Assembly: GCA_020184695.1 (NCBI GenBank)
Contig: JAANOX010000245.1
Location: 310,001 to 374,000, forward strand
Reading direction: 5' to 3'
Length of the DNA: 64,000 nucleotides
Source: Histomonas meleagridis 2922-C6/04-290x
Taxonomy: Eukaryota; Protista; Parabasalia
This document shows, piece by piece, positions 53,104-64,000 of the stretch (position 1 is its first letter; each line of letters starts with the position of its first letter). Both the position numbers and the translations under genes were made by a program. The notes beneath the pieces were generated by a model. That model was given only the letters and a program-made list of their open reading frames with translations. It was not told the DNA's origin and did not search any database.

Positions 53104-53796
53104 ATGAATACAAAAGACACCATCCTAGCCAAATTAAAACAGATAAATGACGAAAGAGCCAAGAACAGAATACTGCGTTTCCAAAGCACATCCAATCAGA
53201 GCTCAAATAATTTTTTCGAAATCAGCGAAAATGAAGATCCAATTGAGAACTATGTTCAATCTTCTCCGACATGTGCTCAAGAAATCACAAATCCAATAGA
53301 GACATCATTTTATAAGGATTCACCTCCCCCACCAATATTTATTGAAGATAATTCAACAATCAATTTTCTCAATGTACTATATCCCATTGGACAAACAGCT
53401 AATGGTAATTGGTATATTGTTTCTGAGTGTTTTTACATTGAACCTCTTTGTGAGTACCATAAAGATTGGGAGAACAATGAATCTCGAATCAAATCTGTCC
53501 TTTTCCATGCAGCTCGTCTTATCGTTGACCTTTCCAAAGTACTTCACAAAGACCTTCCATGCGACATTAAAATAGAAGGGCCAAAAGTTTTGATCCAATC
53601 CAATAATCAAGAATACGATTTGCTCAACTTTTCTCCTCTCCGGCAATTTTTGATTGCAATAAAGCTGTTGAACAAAGATGCTTTTTATATTGGTAACTTT
53701 GGTGAGCAAGCACTCCTTCAGAACTTGCATGCTGCACTTAATCGGAAAAATAATGTCGAAACTGTGAGTTCGATACACTTAAGCAACATTCTTTAA
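53104..53796 (+). CDS. Hypothetical protein with UVRAG/Atg14-like C-terminal region
   Basis: SVLFHAARLIVDLSKVLHKDLPCDIKIEG...QFLIAIKLLNKD resembles the ALGYxAHL...PLxYPI...GxxLLNxN pattern. Confidence 0.5.
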   Translation: MNTKDTILAKLKQINDERAKNRILRFQSTSNQSSNNFFEISENEDPIENYVQSSPTCAQEITNPIETSFYKDSPPPPIFIEDNSTINFLNVLYPIGQTANGNWYIVSECFYIEPLCEYHKDWENNESRIKSVLFHAARLIVDLSKVLHKDLPCDIKIEGPKVLIQSNNQEYDLLNFSPLRQFLIAIKLLNKDAFYIGNFGEQALLQNLHAALNRKNNVETVSSIHLSNIL

Positions 53797-53903
53797 TTGT
53801 TATTTGTTAAAAAAAAATGTTTTTCGTGAACTTTGGCTTTTTTCATTGACAATAAACGGGTTCTTTTGTGTTCAAATTAATCGTTGTAATATCCATTTTT
53901 CAA

Positions 53904-54224
53904 ATGGAAACACGTGAATTCTCTTATAATTTTCAAAACGAAGACCTTTATATTGAAGAAGTTTCTTTTGGTAAGAGTCGTTATATCTATATCGGCGACA
54001 AATCTAGACAGTTCAATGATTTATCAATGGCCATGCCAAATCCTGTTACATCAACACATTTACTTGGAGATAAGCCCAGTGACGAACTTACCTCATTTAT
54101 TTCAGATCTTACTAAGTCACCTATTCTTTTATCCTATTCTTTTCCACTTGACAATGAGTCTGATCTTCATCGATTTGATTTTGTCAAATCCAAACTTCGC
54201 GCAATATATTCCACACAGAAGTGA
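53904..54224 (+). CDS. PSMG4: Proteasome assembly chaperone 4-like
   Basis: YIYIGD...DLSMAMP..VTSTHLLGD...LTKSPILLSYSF matches the PAC4 pattern; first ATG at 53904. Confidence 0.62.
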   Translation: METREFSYNFQNEDLYIEEVSFGKSRYIYIGDKSRQFNDLSMAMPNPVTSTHLLGDKPSDELTSFISDLTKSPILLSYSFPLDNESDLHRFDFVKSKLRAIYSTQK

Positions 54225-54255
54225 AACCAAATAAAACAAAAATGTTTTTTTCATC

Positions 54256-55101
54256 TTATTTATTATTTGCTATGAGTAAAATTCCTGAAATATCGAACCT
54301 TTTCAGGTGAATTGACCAATTGTTCAAGTGGCTGACTCCGGAGATAAGGAACTTGAAGAATCGATAATATGAATTTGTCGAAACAGGGAATGTGGCAAGG
54401 GCATCCTCTTTGTTGAGATCCTGGTTGCTTGACTGATCATCAATTTTGTGGAAAGATACATTATCGTTTGATCCATATAAGATCCATGAAGATGGACCTC
54501 CTTGTGCTTTTTGATTCATGCGTGGTGGACCCCATAATGTGTATGAAGTGATTTTGGCTGTAAGAAATGGTGGCAAAGCAATTGTAAATGACGTATTTTG
54601 TAATGGGGCTGATGAAAAATAAGTATTATCAAGGCTGAAAAGCTTGGAAATGTGATGTGTAGGATCAGTGGATGCATTTGAAGCTTCGGCATAGATAAGA
54701 CCTTGATCAAATGGATTGATATATGGACGAGATTCACCAGCAGTACCTATTTTCTCTAAAATGTTCTCTATGACAAGCTGGTTTTCATCATGTTTTGATG
54801 GTGCTTTGATACCTACTGCATATTTTTCAAGTTGTGCTTTATTGATTGTGGGATTTAAGAATAGAAAAGAACGGATTTGAAGAAGGATTTTATCTTGCAT
54901 ACGCATCCAGCTTTTAAGGATTTCAACGGATAAGTCTTTTGGGATCCAATCTTTATTTAGAAGTGATGTTGCTTTTCTAATATCAACCATATTAAATTCT
55001 TGAAAAGATATTGATTTGATTTCCTTAAGAGCATCATCTGTCTTCATTTCCTTGTTGTCTACTTTCTCGCATATTTCATTTAGCTTTTCAAACTCTGTCA
55101 T
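54256..55101 (-). CDS. F5/8 type C (galactose-binding-like) domain protein
   Basis: ITSYTL...PSSWILYGSNDN...YRFFKF...FDISG, a typical trichomonad family; first ATG at 55101. Confidence 0.65.
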   Translation of the reverse strand: MTEFEKLNEICEKVDNKEMKTDDALKEIKSISFQEFNMVDIRKATSLLNKDWIPKDLSVEILKSWMRMQDKILLQIRSFLFLNPTINKAQLEKYAVGIKAPSKHDENQLVIENILEKIGTAGESRPYINPFDQGLIYAEASNASTDPTHHISKLFSLDNTYFSSAPLQNTSFTIALPPFLTAKITSYTLWGPPRMNQKAQGGPSSWILYGSNDNVSFHKIDDQSSNQDLNKEDALATFPVSTNSYYRFFKFLISGVSHLNNWSIHLKRFDISGILLIANNK

Positions 55102-55244
55102 TAAAAATGTGCTCAATAATTGGCAAAGAATTTACTTAACAATTTTTGGTGTCATTTTTTTGTGAAAAAGTGAACTGAATAATTTTAGCAACCGTTGATT
55201 TTCAATGAGAAAACGATTAAAATGCGTTGAAACGTTATGTGAGC

Positions 55245-57323
55245 TCACTCCATAGAAAGAATTGCTTCAATCTGAAATGAGAATTTATGTTTAAGTGTTT
55301 CAAAATCTTCAGATATTTTTTGTAAAAGTGTTTCATGTGATACAGAATTCCAAATTTTATTGAGATGGATTTCAATCTTTTCCCATAAATTAGATGATTC
55401 CTTGCCAAAACATTGAATAAAAATCATAACATCTAATCTTAATATGTGAATTCCAATCGAATTAATTCGATTTATCTTAGTGAGATTATAATATATACTG
55501 CTTGCAATTCCATCAATGATTCTGTTTTTCTGAAGCTGAAATATTTCACCCCACTTACATTTGGCACTAATAAATTTATTTAATAAATAAGATACCCAAC
55601 TATGATGAAATTTTTCCAAATTATTTGATTCCCAATCAAATGATACAAATATAGATGAAATAACAGGATTAATATCAATAAAAAATTGTTTTATTAACAT
55701 ATCAATAAGTAATTTTTCTAAATATATTCCAACTATATTTAAATCATTAAAACACTTTTCTTTTAACCCATGTTGTAAACAATGATCAATTATATTTTCT
55801 AAATTTTTCCCTGTGTTGTCTCTTAGTTTTTCTAAAATATGAATATGATTTATTCCTTTTATACTTATCATTTCATGTATATAATCATAAAATGAAAGAA
55901 TTGAATTTTTTATAATTAGTGTATCTGCATTTGGACCAAAAATACTATCATTATCAATAAAAGCAATTAAAAATTTATCTAATTTTAATTTCCAATTTTT
56001 ATATATAAAATTAGTTTGTTGCTTCAAATGGTTTCTATACCATAGAATAATGTGTTCGTTAAGTCCATTAATTTTCTTGTATGATGATTTTGGAAAATTA
56101 GCATTCTTTAAAACATTTACTATTTTATTGATTAATAAATGTAGTTCTGTATTAAAAATACCCTCAACTGTCTTTTTATTATTTTCCTCAATTTGAATCA
56201 TAACAATCTCTTCAAAAAAATTTATCATTTGAAACATAAGTTTTTCAATTTCTGATAAACATCTTACATATTCTTCTAAGTTAAATTCCTTGTAAAAAGA
56301 GCAAATAATATTAAAAAGTGAGAGTGAATCTTCAAATTGTTGGCACAATAAATCAATTGAACTTTTATTACTTTCTACTCTTTCCACAAGTGATTGAAGA
56401 ATCTCCAAAATTAAATTTCCTTTATGTTCAATACTTAATACTAATTTTAAATGGTTTTTATTGTATGTACTCATTGACATTTTTTTAAGATCTTCTTTCA
56501 AATAAAAATATAATTTCCGAAGTGATGAATCTATTGAATTAAGTACATTAACAAATAATGGAAGAGATTGCAAATATGAATACGAATTAACTTTTTGTAT
56601 TATCTTTATGATTTCATCAAATTGTCCCATATTTTTATAGTTTTCGATTTCACGAGGAAACTTGAATAAAAATGCATATTTCGATAAACTTGATAATAAA
56701 CTGGATGCATTTGATGCTTCAAAAGATTCCTCATTAAGTGGATCATAAAAGATTTTTGCCTTTTCGATAATATTTGTAATTAAATGAAGTAGTTTCTCAA
56801 TTGAAATTTCTAACATCTCTTTGTTTTTAGATTTTTCATTATCTTGAATAAGGTTACTTAATGCTTTTAGAAAAAAATGAATATTTTCTGAAATGAGTAT
56901 TGTTTTGTTATTCGAAACATTTTGAGTTTCTTTTTGTAATAAATCAATAGCAAGAATAATTTGTTGTAGATTTTGGTTACCAAATATTCTTTCAGCATAA
57001 TGAACTTCATTAAAGCTTTTAGAGCGCAATGACTTTGTAGATTTATCAGATAGAATTAAAGCTGATCTATTTCTTAACGGCATTACTAATCTATCTAAAT
57101 CATCTATGGTGTTTTGGAATTGTTCTTCATTTGAACATTTCCCTGGAATTCCAAACAAAGATACAGCATCATCCCATTTCTTGAATGTTTCATTTTTAAA
57201 TTCAAAATACGCGTTTGGTAAAAACGAAGACTTTTCATCTATAATTATCTTTGTATTGCTTGGATATATAATTTTCTTTCTTATTTGCATAAAAAAATAA
57301 TTTTTACCTAAAGTAAAAACCAT
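55245..57323 (-). CDS. SEC5: Exocyst component Sec5/EXOC2-like
   Basis: LISENIHFFLK...FYDPL...KYAFLFKFPREIENYKNMGQFDEII matches the Sec5 FLFxLP motif. Confidence 0.68.
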   Translation of the reverse strand: MVFTLGKNYFFMQIRKKIIYPSNTKIIIDEKSSFLPNAYFEFKNETFKKWDDAVSLFGIPGKCSNEEQFQNTIDDLDRLVMPLRNRSALILSDKSTKSLRSKSFNEVHYAERIFGNQNLQQIILAIDLLQKETQNVSNNKTILISENIHFFLKALSNLIQDNEKSKNKEMLEISIEKLLHLITNIIEKAKIFYDPLNEESFEASNASSLLSSLSKYAFLFKFPREIENYKNMGQFDEIIKIIQKVNSYSYLQSLPLFVNVLNSIDSSLRKLYFYLKEDLKKMSMSTYNKNHLKLVLSIEHKGNLILEILQSLVERVESNKSSIDLLCQQFEDSLSLFNIICSFYKEFNLEEYVRCLSEIEKLMFQMINFFEEIVMIQIEENNKKTVEGIFNTELHLLINKIVNVLKNANFPKSSYKKINGLNEHIILWYRNHLKQQTNFIYKNWKLKLDKFLIAFIDNDSIFGPNADTLIIKNSILSFYDYIHEMISIKGINHIHILEKLRDNTGKNLENIIDHCLQHGLKEKCFNDLNIVGIYLEKLLIDMLIKQFFIDINPVISSIFVSFDWESNNLEKFHHSWVSYLLNKFISAKCKWGEIFQLQKNRIIDGIASSIYYNLTKINRINSIGIHILRLDVMIFIQCFGKESSNLWEKIEIHLNKIWNSVSHETLLQKISEDFETLKHKFSFQIEAILSME

Positions 57324-57602
57324 TTACATGTCAGGAAAAAGCAGAAAGTAAAAGGTAATTCACACAAATTCAAATTATCTTTCAATTTCCTAAATTATTC
57401 ACCTAAAATTTGAAAAATAAGATAAGTCATTTTAAAACACATTTTTGAAATCCGCATGAGTACATTTTCGATTAGTATATATTATTATTAAATCAAACGA
57501 AATAATTATATGAAGTTAATTAATGATATTTTTAATTATAATTATATATCAATTATTTAGATTTAAATGCTAAATAAATTTCTAAGTGAAACAAAAATAT
57601 TT

Positions 57603-58487
57603 TTATTCATCAATTTCTTCTGTATCGACCTGTACAGTTTCTCTTCTCGAGAACCCTAATTCCCCGAATGTTTTATCCGCGTCTTCTTCCTTCAGTTCTT
57701 TTGGTGGGAATCCGAACTTTATTGTTGGCTTCATCGGCGCAAAGTCAACCCAAACAAAATCAAAAAGTAACTGCGCAGGATCCGATTTACTGAAGCCGCG
57801 CATCTTCGCAGGCTTGCCAGTGATCATGCACCTTATTTTTATTGTTTCGGGTGAATCTTGTGGAGGTTCTGGTGGTAATGAATTAAATCGGCACAATGCG
57901 GTAAGTCTAACATTTTCCTCATACTCTTTCTCCGCTTCTTCTTCGGCCTTCTTTTGTGCAACTTCGGCTTCTTCGCGTTGAACTTGAGCCAAAATTTCAT
58001 TGTATTCTCTATCTTGATCTATAATTATATCTCTGGATTGTTGTGAATTCTGATATCGTCGCCTCCTTTTTAGGAGTTCATTTTGTAATGGACGGGAGAG
58101 TCTGTAAAGACGATTGAGATCATTTTGTGATGATATTTCAAAAAGCTTTCGAATATCAGAAACATTAGAAGAGGGGCAAAAAAATACGCCAAGGAAAGGA
58201 AGTGAGTTGATTGGAAGACTGCGAGATATTTCATAGGCATTTTTGGAATTATATGGTGCTTTGAAAATAATATAATCTTCATGTGGCGGATCAAAAGTAA
58301 TTTGTGATTCTACTCCATTGTATGTTAAATGTAAAATAAGAAGTTTTCCTTGATTTGAGCAATCACATATCGAGGAACGAAGCGTTTTATCTGTTTCGCA
58401 GAATGCTTGACTTGGAACGTAGGATTCTTTGAACGAACGGAAAAGAGATTTTATACCATGGCCAACTTTGGATAAGAAGACAGCCAT
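57603..58487 (-). CDS. UBX domain protein (UAS, coiled coil, UBX)
   Basis: LPPEP...IKIR...RGFSKSD...LFDFV...GFPPKEL...TFGELGF; first ATG at 58487. Confidence 0.8.
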   Translation of the reverse strand: MAVFLSKVGHGIKSLFRSFKESYVPSQAFCETDKTLRSSICDCSNQGKLLILHLTYNGVESQITFDPPHEDYIIFKAPYNSKNAYEISRSLPINSLPFLGVFFCPSSNVSDIRKLFEISSQNDLNRLYRLSRPLQNELLKRRRRYQNSQQSRDIIIDQDREYNEILAQVQREEAEVAQKKAEEEAEKEYEENVRLTALCRFNSLPPEPPQDSPETIKIRCMITGKPAKMRGFSKSDPAQLLFDFVWVDFAPMKPTIKFGFPPKELKEEDADKTFGELGFSRRETVQVDTEEIDE

Positions 58488-58997
58488 TTTTCCAATTTGG
58501 CCAGAAAGTTCTTTCTGGCAATTTTTATTCTGTTGAAATTTGATTTTTTTGATAATTTTAAAATGCCATAAATTTAAATCAAAATTTACGATCAAAATGC
58601 GCAGAAAATCTCTATGAATTGGGGTTTCATAAAAAATAGAATCAAAAATTCTTATTATAATAAATATATGTATATAATATTTTCATTTTTTCGAAAAAAA
58701 TTTCCATACACTTGTTATTTATTAAAAAATTTTTAAGTGAATTTATCTCATAGTCAACAACCAACTTTCCCTCTCATAGATTTTTTTTTTTTAAATTTTG
58801 TAATTATTTATAATGTTCAAAGTATATATCAAGCATATAAATAGATGTAGACAAGTTTAGATTAATATATAATGATTTTTAAAAATCTTAATTTCCTGAA
58901 TTTGGTCAAATCTGTTTACGATCAGACCGCGAGCTCGTTTGGGCTTTTACTGATGGTAGCGAGAAATATCTGATAATGGTATTCTATTATTTTAACT

Positions 58998-60329
58998 TTA
59001 TTTTTTAATATGTTTTAAAATATGATCAAACATATTATCAACACCTTCACCTGTAATTGCACTTGTTTCAAAATAAGCAGCTTTTATTGTCTTTGCTCTA
59101 CTAATTCCTTTATCGCGTGATATTACTCTATATTTTGTATCAATCTTATTTGCACATAAACAAAGAAGACCATGGAATCCCTTAAGATAAAGTCTTTTGA
59201 ATATTTCTACGTCCTGAAATGATTTAATATTTTCCACAGAAAAAACAATAATAACAGCATCACAATCAAATTTTTTTCTTTCGAACAAATCAGGGAAAAT
59301 TGTTTCATAATCTGGTTCATCATCACATATATCAAAATGCAATTCAATTTTAAATCCTTTATAAATTATTTTTTTCTCATTTAGAAAATATTCATTTTCA
59401 TTATCAATTGTTGATTTACATTCATCTAAATCAAAAATACTTTTCTTTAAAGTTGATCTACCAGCAAATTGGCATCCGTAAATATCTATTTTTAAAGTAG
59501 CACTTATTGATTTAGATTTTAAAGATAATTTTGGATTTGTAATCATTAAAAGCATTGAAAGAATTTCATCAATTGTTGGGCGATTTTTTGGATTCTTTGA
59601 AAGCATTTTTTTAATGAGATTTTGTATGTTATTGCTATATTTATTAGAAATTGATATATACTTTCCTTTTGTTATGGATCTTTTAAGTTCTGCTCTTCCA
59701 TTCCCATTAAACGGAGGTTGAAGTGTACATAACTCATAAATAATACAGCCTAAAGACCAAATATCTGTTTTATAATCATATGATTGGAAATTAATTTGTT
59801 CAGGAGACATGTATAATAATGTTCCTGCGTATGTTGTACCACATTGCTGATGAATTGTTTCAAGAATTTTAACATCATCAAGATCACCAATCTTGACAAC
59901 ATTTGTCTGAGTAAGGAAAATATTTTGTGGCTTTAAGTCACGATGAATAATGTTATGATGATGCATAAATTGAATGCCATGAGCAATTTGTATGAAATAA
60001 TGTATAACTTCTGCTTCTGGAATGTTTGTTTTAGAACTTTGTGATGCTTTTATCCTTTGCGATAAATCACCACCATCTGCATATTCCATAACAATATTAA
60101 TAGCTTGGGATTCTACAAAGCAATCAATATAATTGACAATGTTTTGATGAGAATATGATTTAATTATATTAAATTTATTTATAATATTATCTTTTTCTTT
60201 TGGTGTAAAATATATATTTTCAATTTTTTTGAGTACGATTTTTTCCCTCGATAAAATATTATCTTCTACAAGGAGAATTTTCCCTAAATAACATGTTCCG
60301 AGTGTCTTAATCTTTTTATATTTTTCCAT
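58998..60329 (-). CDS. NEK-like kinase fused to a Ras/Rab-like GTPase domain
   Basis: HRDLKPQNIFL, GTLLYMSPEQ, TDIWSLGC, then GCQFAGRS, ANKID, YFETSAITGEGVDNMF; first ATG at 60329. Confidence 0.85.
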   Translation of the reverse strand: MEKYKKIKTLGTCYLGKILLVEDNILSREKIVLKKIENIYFTPKEKDNIINKFNIIKSYSHQNIVNYIDCFVESQAINIVMEYADGGDLSQRIKASQSSKTNIPEAEVIHYFIQIAHGIQFMHHHNIIHRDLKPQNIFLTQTNVVKIGDLDDVKILETIHQQCGTTYAGTLLYMSPEQINFQSYDYKTDIWSLGCIIYELCTLQPPFNGNGRAELKRSITKGKYISISNKYSNNIQNLIKKMLSKNPKNRPTIDEILSMLLMITNPKLSLKSKSISATLKIDIYGCQFAGRSTLKKSIFDLDECKSTIDNENEYFLNEKKIIYKGFKIELHFDICDDEPDYETIFPDLFERKKFDCDAVIIVFSVENIKSFQDVEIFKRLYLKGFHGLLCLCANKIDTKYRVISRDKGISRAKTIKAAYFETSAITGEGVDNMFDHILKHIKK

Positions 60330-60998
60330 TTGGGAAAATGTGCCCACAATTAAAATTTTAAATACAGTTCACAAATTTTAGTGAAAAGTGCACAAAAACG
60401 GGAAGAATATAAAACAAAAGTATTTGATTGATTAAATGCTCTAAAAAATGTGTATGATTTTGCCTATCGCATTTACTTACACATACCCAACAGCCTCCAA
60501 ATCTTTTAACAAATGAGTTACTTAATGCATTAAAAACAACAGAAGTTCAATTATCATCAACATTACGCTATCGGTTATTATTAATGTAATAATGTAATTA
60601 CAATTTAAATAACTGAAAATTATAATGAAATGTTAAATAGTTTATAACCACCATGGTGAAATTATTGGTATAAATAGAACATGGAGCAAAAACACAATAA
60701 GCAGCTAATAAACTTCTCAAAACGGGCTATTTCCACCCCCTATATATATTTCGATAATTTTAATTATTTATTGAAATATTGATATTTTGAAGATCAAAAA
60801 GTGATCAAAAATGGATTTTTTAAAATTTTTTTATTATGTGATGATTTTAAATAATAATTTTTTTAATTAAAAATGTTTCATTTTGTTCCACGAATGTATC
60901 GCTTGAAAAAAATTTAATTTCAATTTTTCGAATTAATAATTTAGAATTCTCATCAAGCCACTTTTTGAAATGAAAAAATTAAAAAAAAATAATTTGGG

Positions 60999-61042
60999 TA
61001 ATCGTTTTCGCCATGAACCGCCCTTTCAAAAAGTGTAGAAAT
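60999..61042 (+). repeat. MULE left inverted repeat core
   Basis: 40/44 identical to the reverse complement of 63119-63162. Confidence 0.8.
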
Positions 61043-63118
61043 ATTTTCAGGAAATTGACGTTTATTTTTAAAGAAGGTAATGGAACAAATTATTGAAGAA
61101 TGCTCTCAGATCAAGATGACATTATTTCCATACAAACAGTATTTAACTATTACACAATTTATCACAGAAATTACAAGGAACATTGGTATTCCTTATTCTG
61201 CATATCAAACGCATAATAAAAATAGAAATCATGTTTTCTGTTGTACTTTCCATGGAACAAGATCTGGTTTAATTTGTTGTAATTCAAAATTGGTTTTTAT
61301 GATAGTAATAATTGATAATATTATGTTTTTTTCTGCCAATAAAATTCAATCAAAATTAGAACATTCACATCCATTAGATGTGGATTTTTATTTAGCTCAT
61401 AGGAACTTAATGGATTCCACTACAATTAAAAAAATACGCGATCAACAATTAATTGATGTTCCACCAGGAATTATTCGGTCAAATTTAAATGTTACAATAG
61501 ATTCAAATATTTTCTACAATATTCGAAGAGATGTTATTCGTGAACAAAAAACCGAAAATTTAGACTTATTAATTAATAAATTACAAACGTTTAGATAAAT
61601 TAAAATATATTTTGCATAAGGATAATGATGGTAATATTTATTCATCGACAGCTATTTATTTAAAAGTATCATCATCTTCATATTGGAATGATATTATAAA
61701 TGTTGATGATACATCTGTTACTAATATTTACGATTTTCCATTGATCGTAATAGTTACTATTGATCCAGATGACAAAACTCAAATCCTTTCGTATGGGTTT
61801 ATGAAAGATAAAACTTAAGAAGGCTTTACTGTTTTTTTTTAAAGATGTCGGCGATTTCATAAAGAAACCAATTCGAGTAAAAACCATGGACAGATGCATA
61901 GCACAATTTAATTTAGTAAAAGTAATCTATCCAGAATCTATCATTGGATTTTGTTTGATTCACATCCAACGAAACCTTACGACTCTTAATGATATGGAAA
62001 TCATGCATGTGTTTTTCAAAATGATATTAAATATGGATTATTGTGAAGTTTTTATAGATTCGTTTAAGAATTAATGTAAAGAAACACAATCAAATGGAAG
62101 AGATCTATAATCAAATATGATTAAGCTTAGAGAGCACTGGCTTCCATTAGATTTGGCTCTTCAAGGAGTATATGAAAAATGTATAAATACATAACGTGTA
62201 GATAATATTTTTTCTCGCTATAAAACAAATTATCAATTTTCACAGATGACTCTTATTCAATCAATAGAGAGATTAAATAATCTCGCACACATTTTAATTG
62301 TCAAATTAATAAGTCACTCATTAAACAATCATTTTGCACATATCTTGCTTATAAAGGAAGAAGACAAAAATATGATTGGAGACATATTTGCAAATACACT
62401 GACTGATGAGTATTTAAAGGCACAAATTGATATTTATGAACCTACAGTTTGTTGTTGGTGTATTCTCCGCAATAAAGCACCAGAATTTTCAATTCCTTGT
62501 CGTCATATTTTGATGACAATTAATGAAATTGAATTAAAGAATATCTAATAGGTATCTTAGAGAAATCCCTTCTGCTGAACAAACCAAAGTCGATATTATT
62601 GAGGATATGAAGAACAATGAGAAAAAAAATTCTACCTCAATAATGGCAATAGTATCGTATTTGGCTTCTCTTGCTCATCAAAATCAAAAGGTTTCACAAC
62701 CTTCTGATGATATTTCTGAAAAAGCAGAAATCATCAAAAAACATATTAACATTGGAATGCCATCTGCAATTGCAAGGAAAGGGCAATTTTCAAAACATCT
62801 CTCTAAAAATGTGGTTCTTGGAGGAAGGCCAAAAACCACAAAATCATATCAATGTAGCATCTGTCATTGTTTTGGGCATAATGTGCGAACATGTCCAAAA
62901 AAAATAAGTAATAACAACTTAATAAAAATATTATGAAACGAATTTTCTGGAAGTTCAATAATGATAATATGATAATCTAAATGATGGATATGAAATTATG
63001 AGAATTGAGAGAATAAAAATGTATAAGTGATGATGATATAAAAAATATGAGATGTTGTTTTATTGAGATATTGTTTGACGGGTTTTCCATAAAATTTTAG
63101 AAAGATTCTCTGGAGTAA

Positions 63119-63162
63119 ATTTCTCCACTTTTCGAGAGGGCGGTTCATAGCGAAAACGATTA
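63119..63162 (-). repeat. MULE right inverted repeat core
   Basis: Partner of 60999-61042. Confidence 0.8.
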
Positions 63163-63220
63163 TCAAAATAATTTTGTTCACAATTATCAATTCAATTTAA
63201 AATCACAAAAATTGTATTGT

Positions 63221-64000
63221 TTATATAGAGAGTGCTCCTGAAATTTCCATACCAGCTATGCTAATGTCTACTGAGACATATCGAGTATATGCAGAAGTTT
63301 TCCACCTTCCATGGGCTTTTATGATACAATCATTAACATTTTTTGATGAGGCATAATATGCTGCTCATTCACGAAAACTATGAAATCCATAATTTTGATA
63401 TTCTTCAATTCCAATAGTTATAAGTACATATAGAAGATGAGCTCTGAGTGTATATTGAGTTCAAGATTCTATGTGATCATTACTAGAAATTAAGTTTAAA
63501 TAATTTATAAATTGAAATGGACTATAATCTGTCTTATTGTCATAGATATTTGTAAACGTACCATTCCCGAACTGATCTGTTTTATAAGTCTGTATGTTGA
63601 GTTTTATTAAGTTTTCGCCTTCAACTACAATATCGCTTTTCTTAGAATTTAGCGCTTCACTTATTCTGAGAAATGCTGCAAACATTAACGATATCAAGAA
63701 TATAAACTGTAAATTATCAATATTTGTTGGTGGAAATTTTTCAATTATTTTCGGAAACCATTTTGGATCAAACGGTGGTAACTTTGCATTCGGACAAGAA
63801 CCTGAATATGATGACCTTCTCATTCCACTTCTAAATATTTTGAATTTTATTGAATGCGTTAATATTTCCGAGTCATTTTGTTGTAAATAATGTGTAAAAC
63901 TATCAATGTAAGCTGATAACGTACAGCATTTCATATTCTGATCGTTTTTAAATATGAATTTTGAATGTGTAAAATGATCTATGATCAATTTGCTTTTTTT
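63221..64000 (-). mobile_element. Tyrosine recombinase (DIRS/Ngaro/Crypton-type) with two in-frame TGA; runs off the right edge
   Basis: One frame contains FLRISE, KTDQFG, HSFRE*AA, HGRWKTSAYTRY; TGA at 63463-63461 and 63367-63365; final TAA at 63223-63221. Confidence 0.82.

Larger units (their letters stand above)
60986..63175 (+). mobile_element. Mutator-like (MULE) DNA transposon, degraded
   Basis: Fragments: FAR1-like CxxH...HSH, VDDTSVTNIYDFPL, MDRCIAQ...CLIHIQRN, SWIM (C-C...PCRH) and Zn knuckle CSICHCFGHNVRTC, with stops and frameshifts; bracketed by inverted repeats. Confidence 0.8.

Noticed and set aside
63221-63988. Alternative genetic code (TGA = Gly/Trp) for the recombinase
   Set aside because: Only two instances, both explainable by single substitutions; TGA terminates host genes here (e.g. 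LST8).

Overview
Gene-dense, very AT-rich eukaryotic DNA, most consistent with a parabasalid protist (Tritrichomonas/Trichomonas lineage). This is inferred from BspA LRR surface proteins, DUF3447+ankyrin genes, CCTTT (M5-like) motifs before ribosomal protein genes, and the absence of recognisable spliceosomal introns. Housekeeping-type genes: RPL7 (partial), RPS7, LST8 x2, DNAAF1 x2, SEC5, CCZ1-like, PSMG4-like, UBX, PX, TBC, TPT-family transporter and RapGAP. Unusual genes: a TOR-like pseudokinase, a bacterial-type methyltransferase, a 2634-aa C2/ER-K helix/DIL-like protein and a NEK-GTPase fusion. The window also holds pseudogenes (importin-beta-like, BspA), a ~3.9-kb inverted duplication, a Mutator-like element with TIRs and a tyrosine-recombinase element. 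The standout is three ankyrin arrays (14968-16348, 18168-19320, 21769-22948) with a strict 170-nt period: 90 nt encoding 30 residues of an ankyrin repeat, then an 80-nt AT-rich spacer that breaks the frame, usually contains stops and has no GT-AG or branch-point signals. One array ends in a unique, in-register 79-aa coding segment, which argues that the spacers are removed or bypassed by a non-canonical mechanism. The cassettes also show shuffling. Second is a tRNA-shaped Pol III-like gene with an apparent CTA anticodon and a 25-nt hairpin insert. Homopolymer differences between the duplicated arms suggest long-read consensus errors, so single-base frameshifts should be treated with caution.
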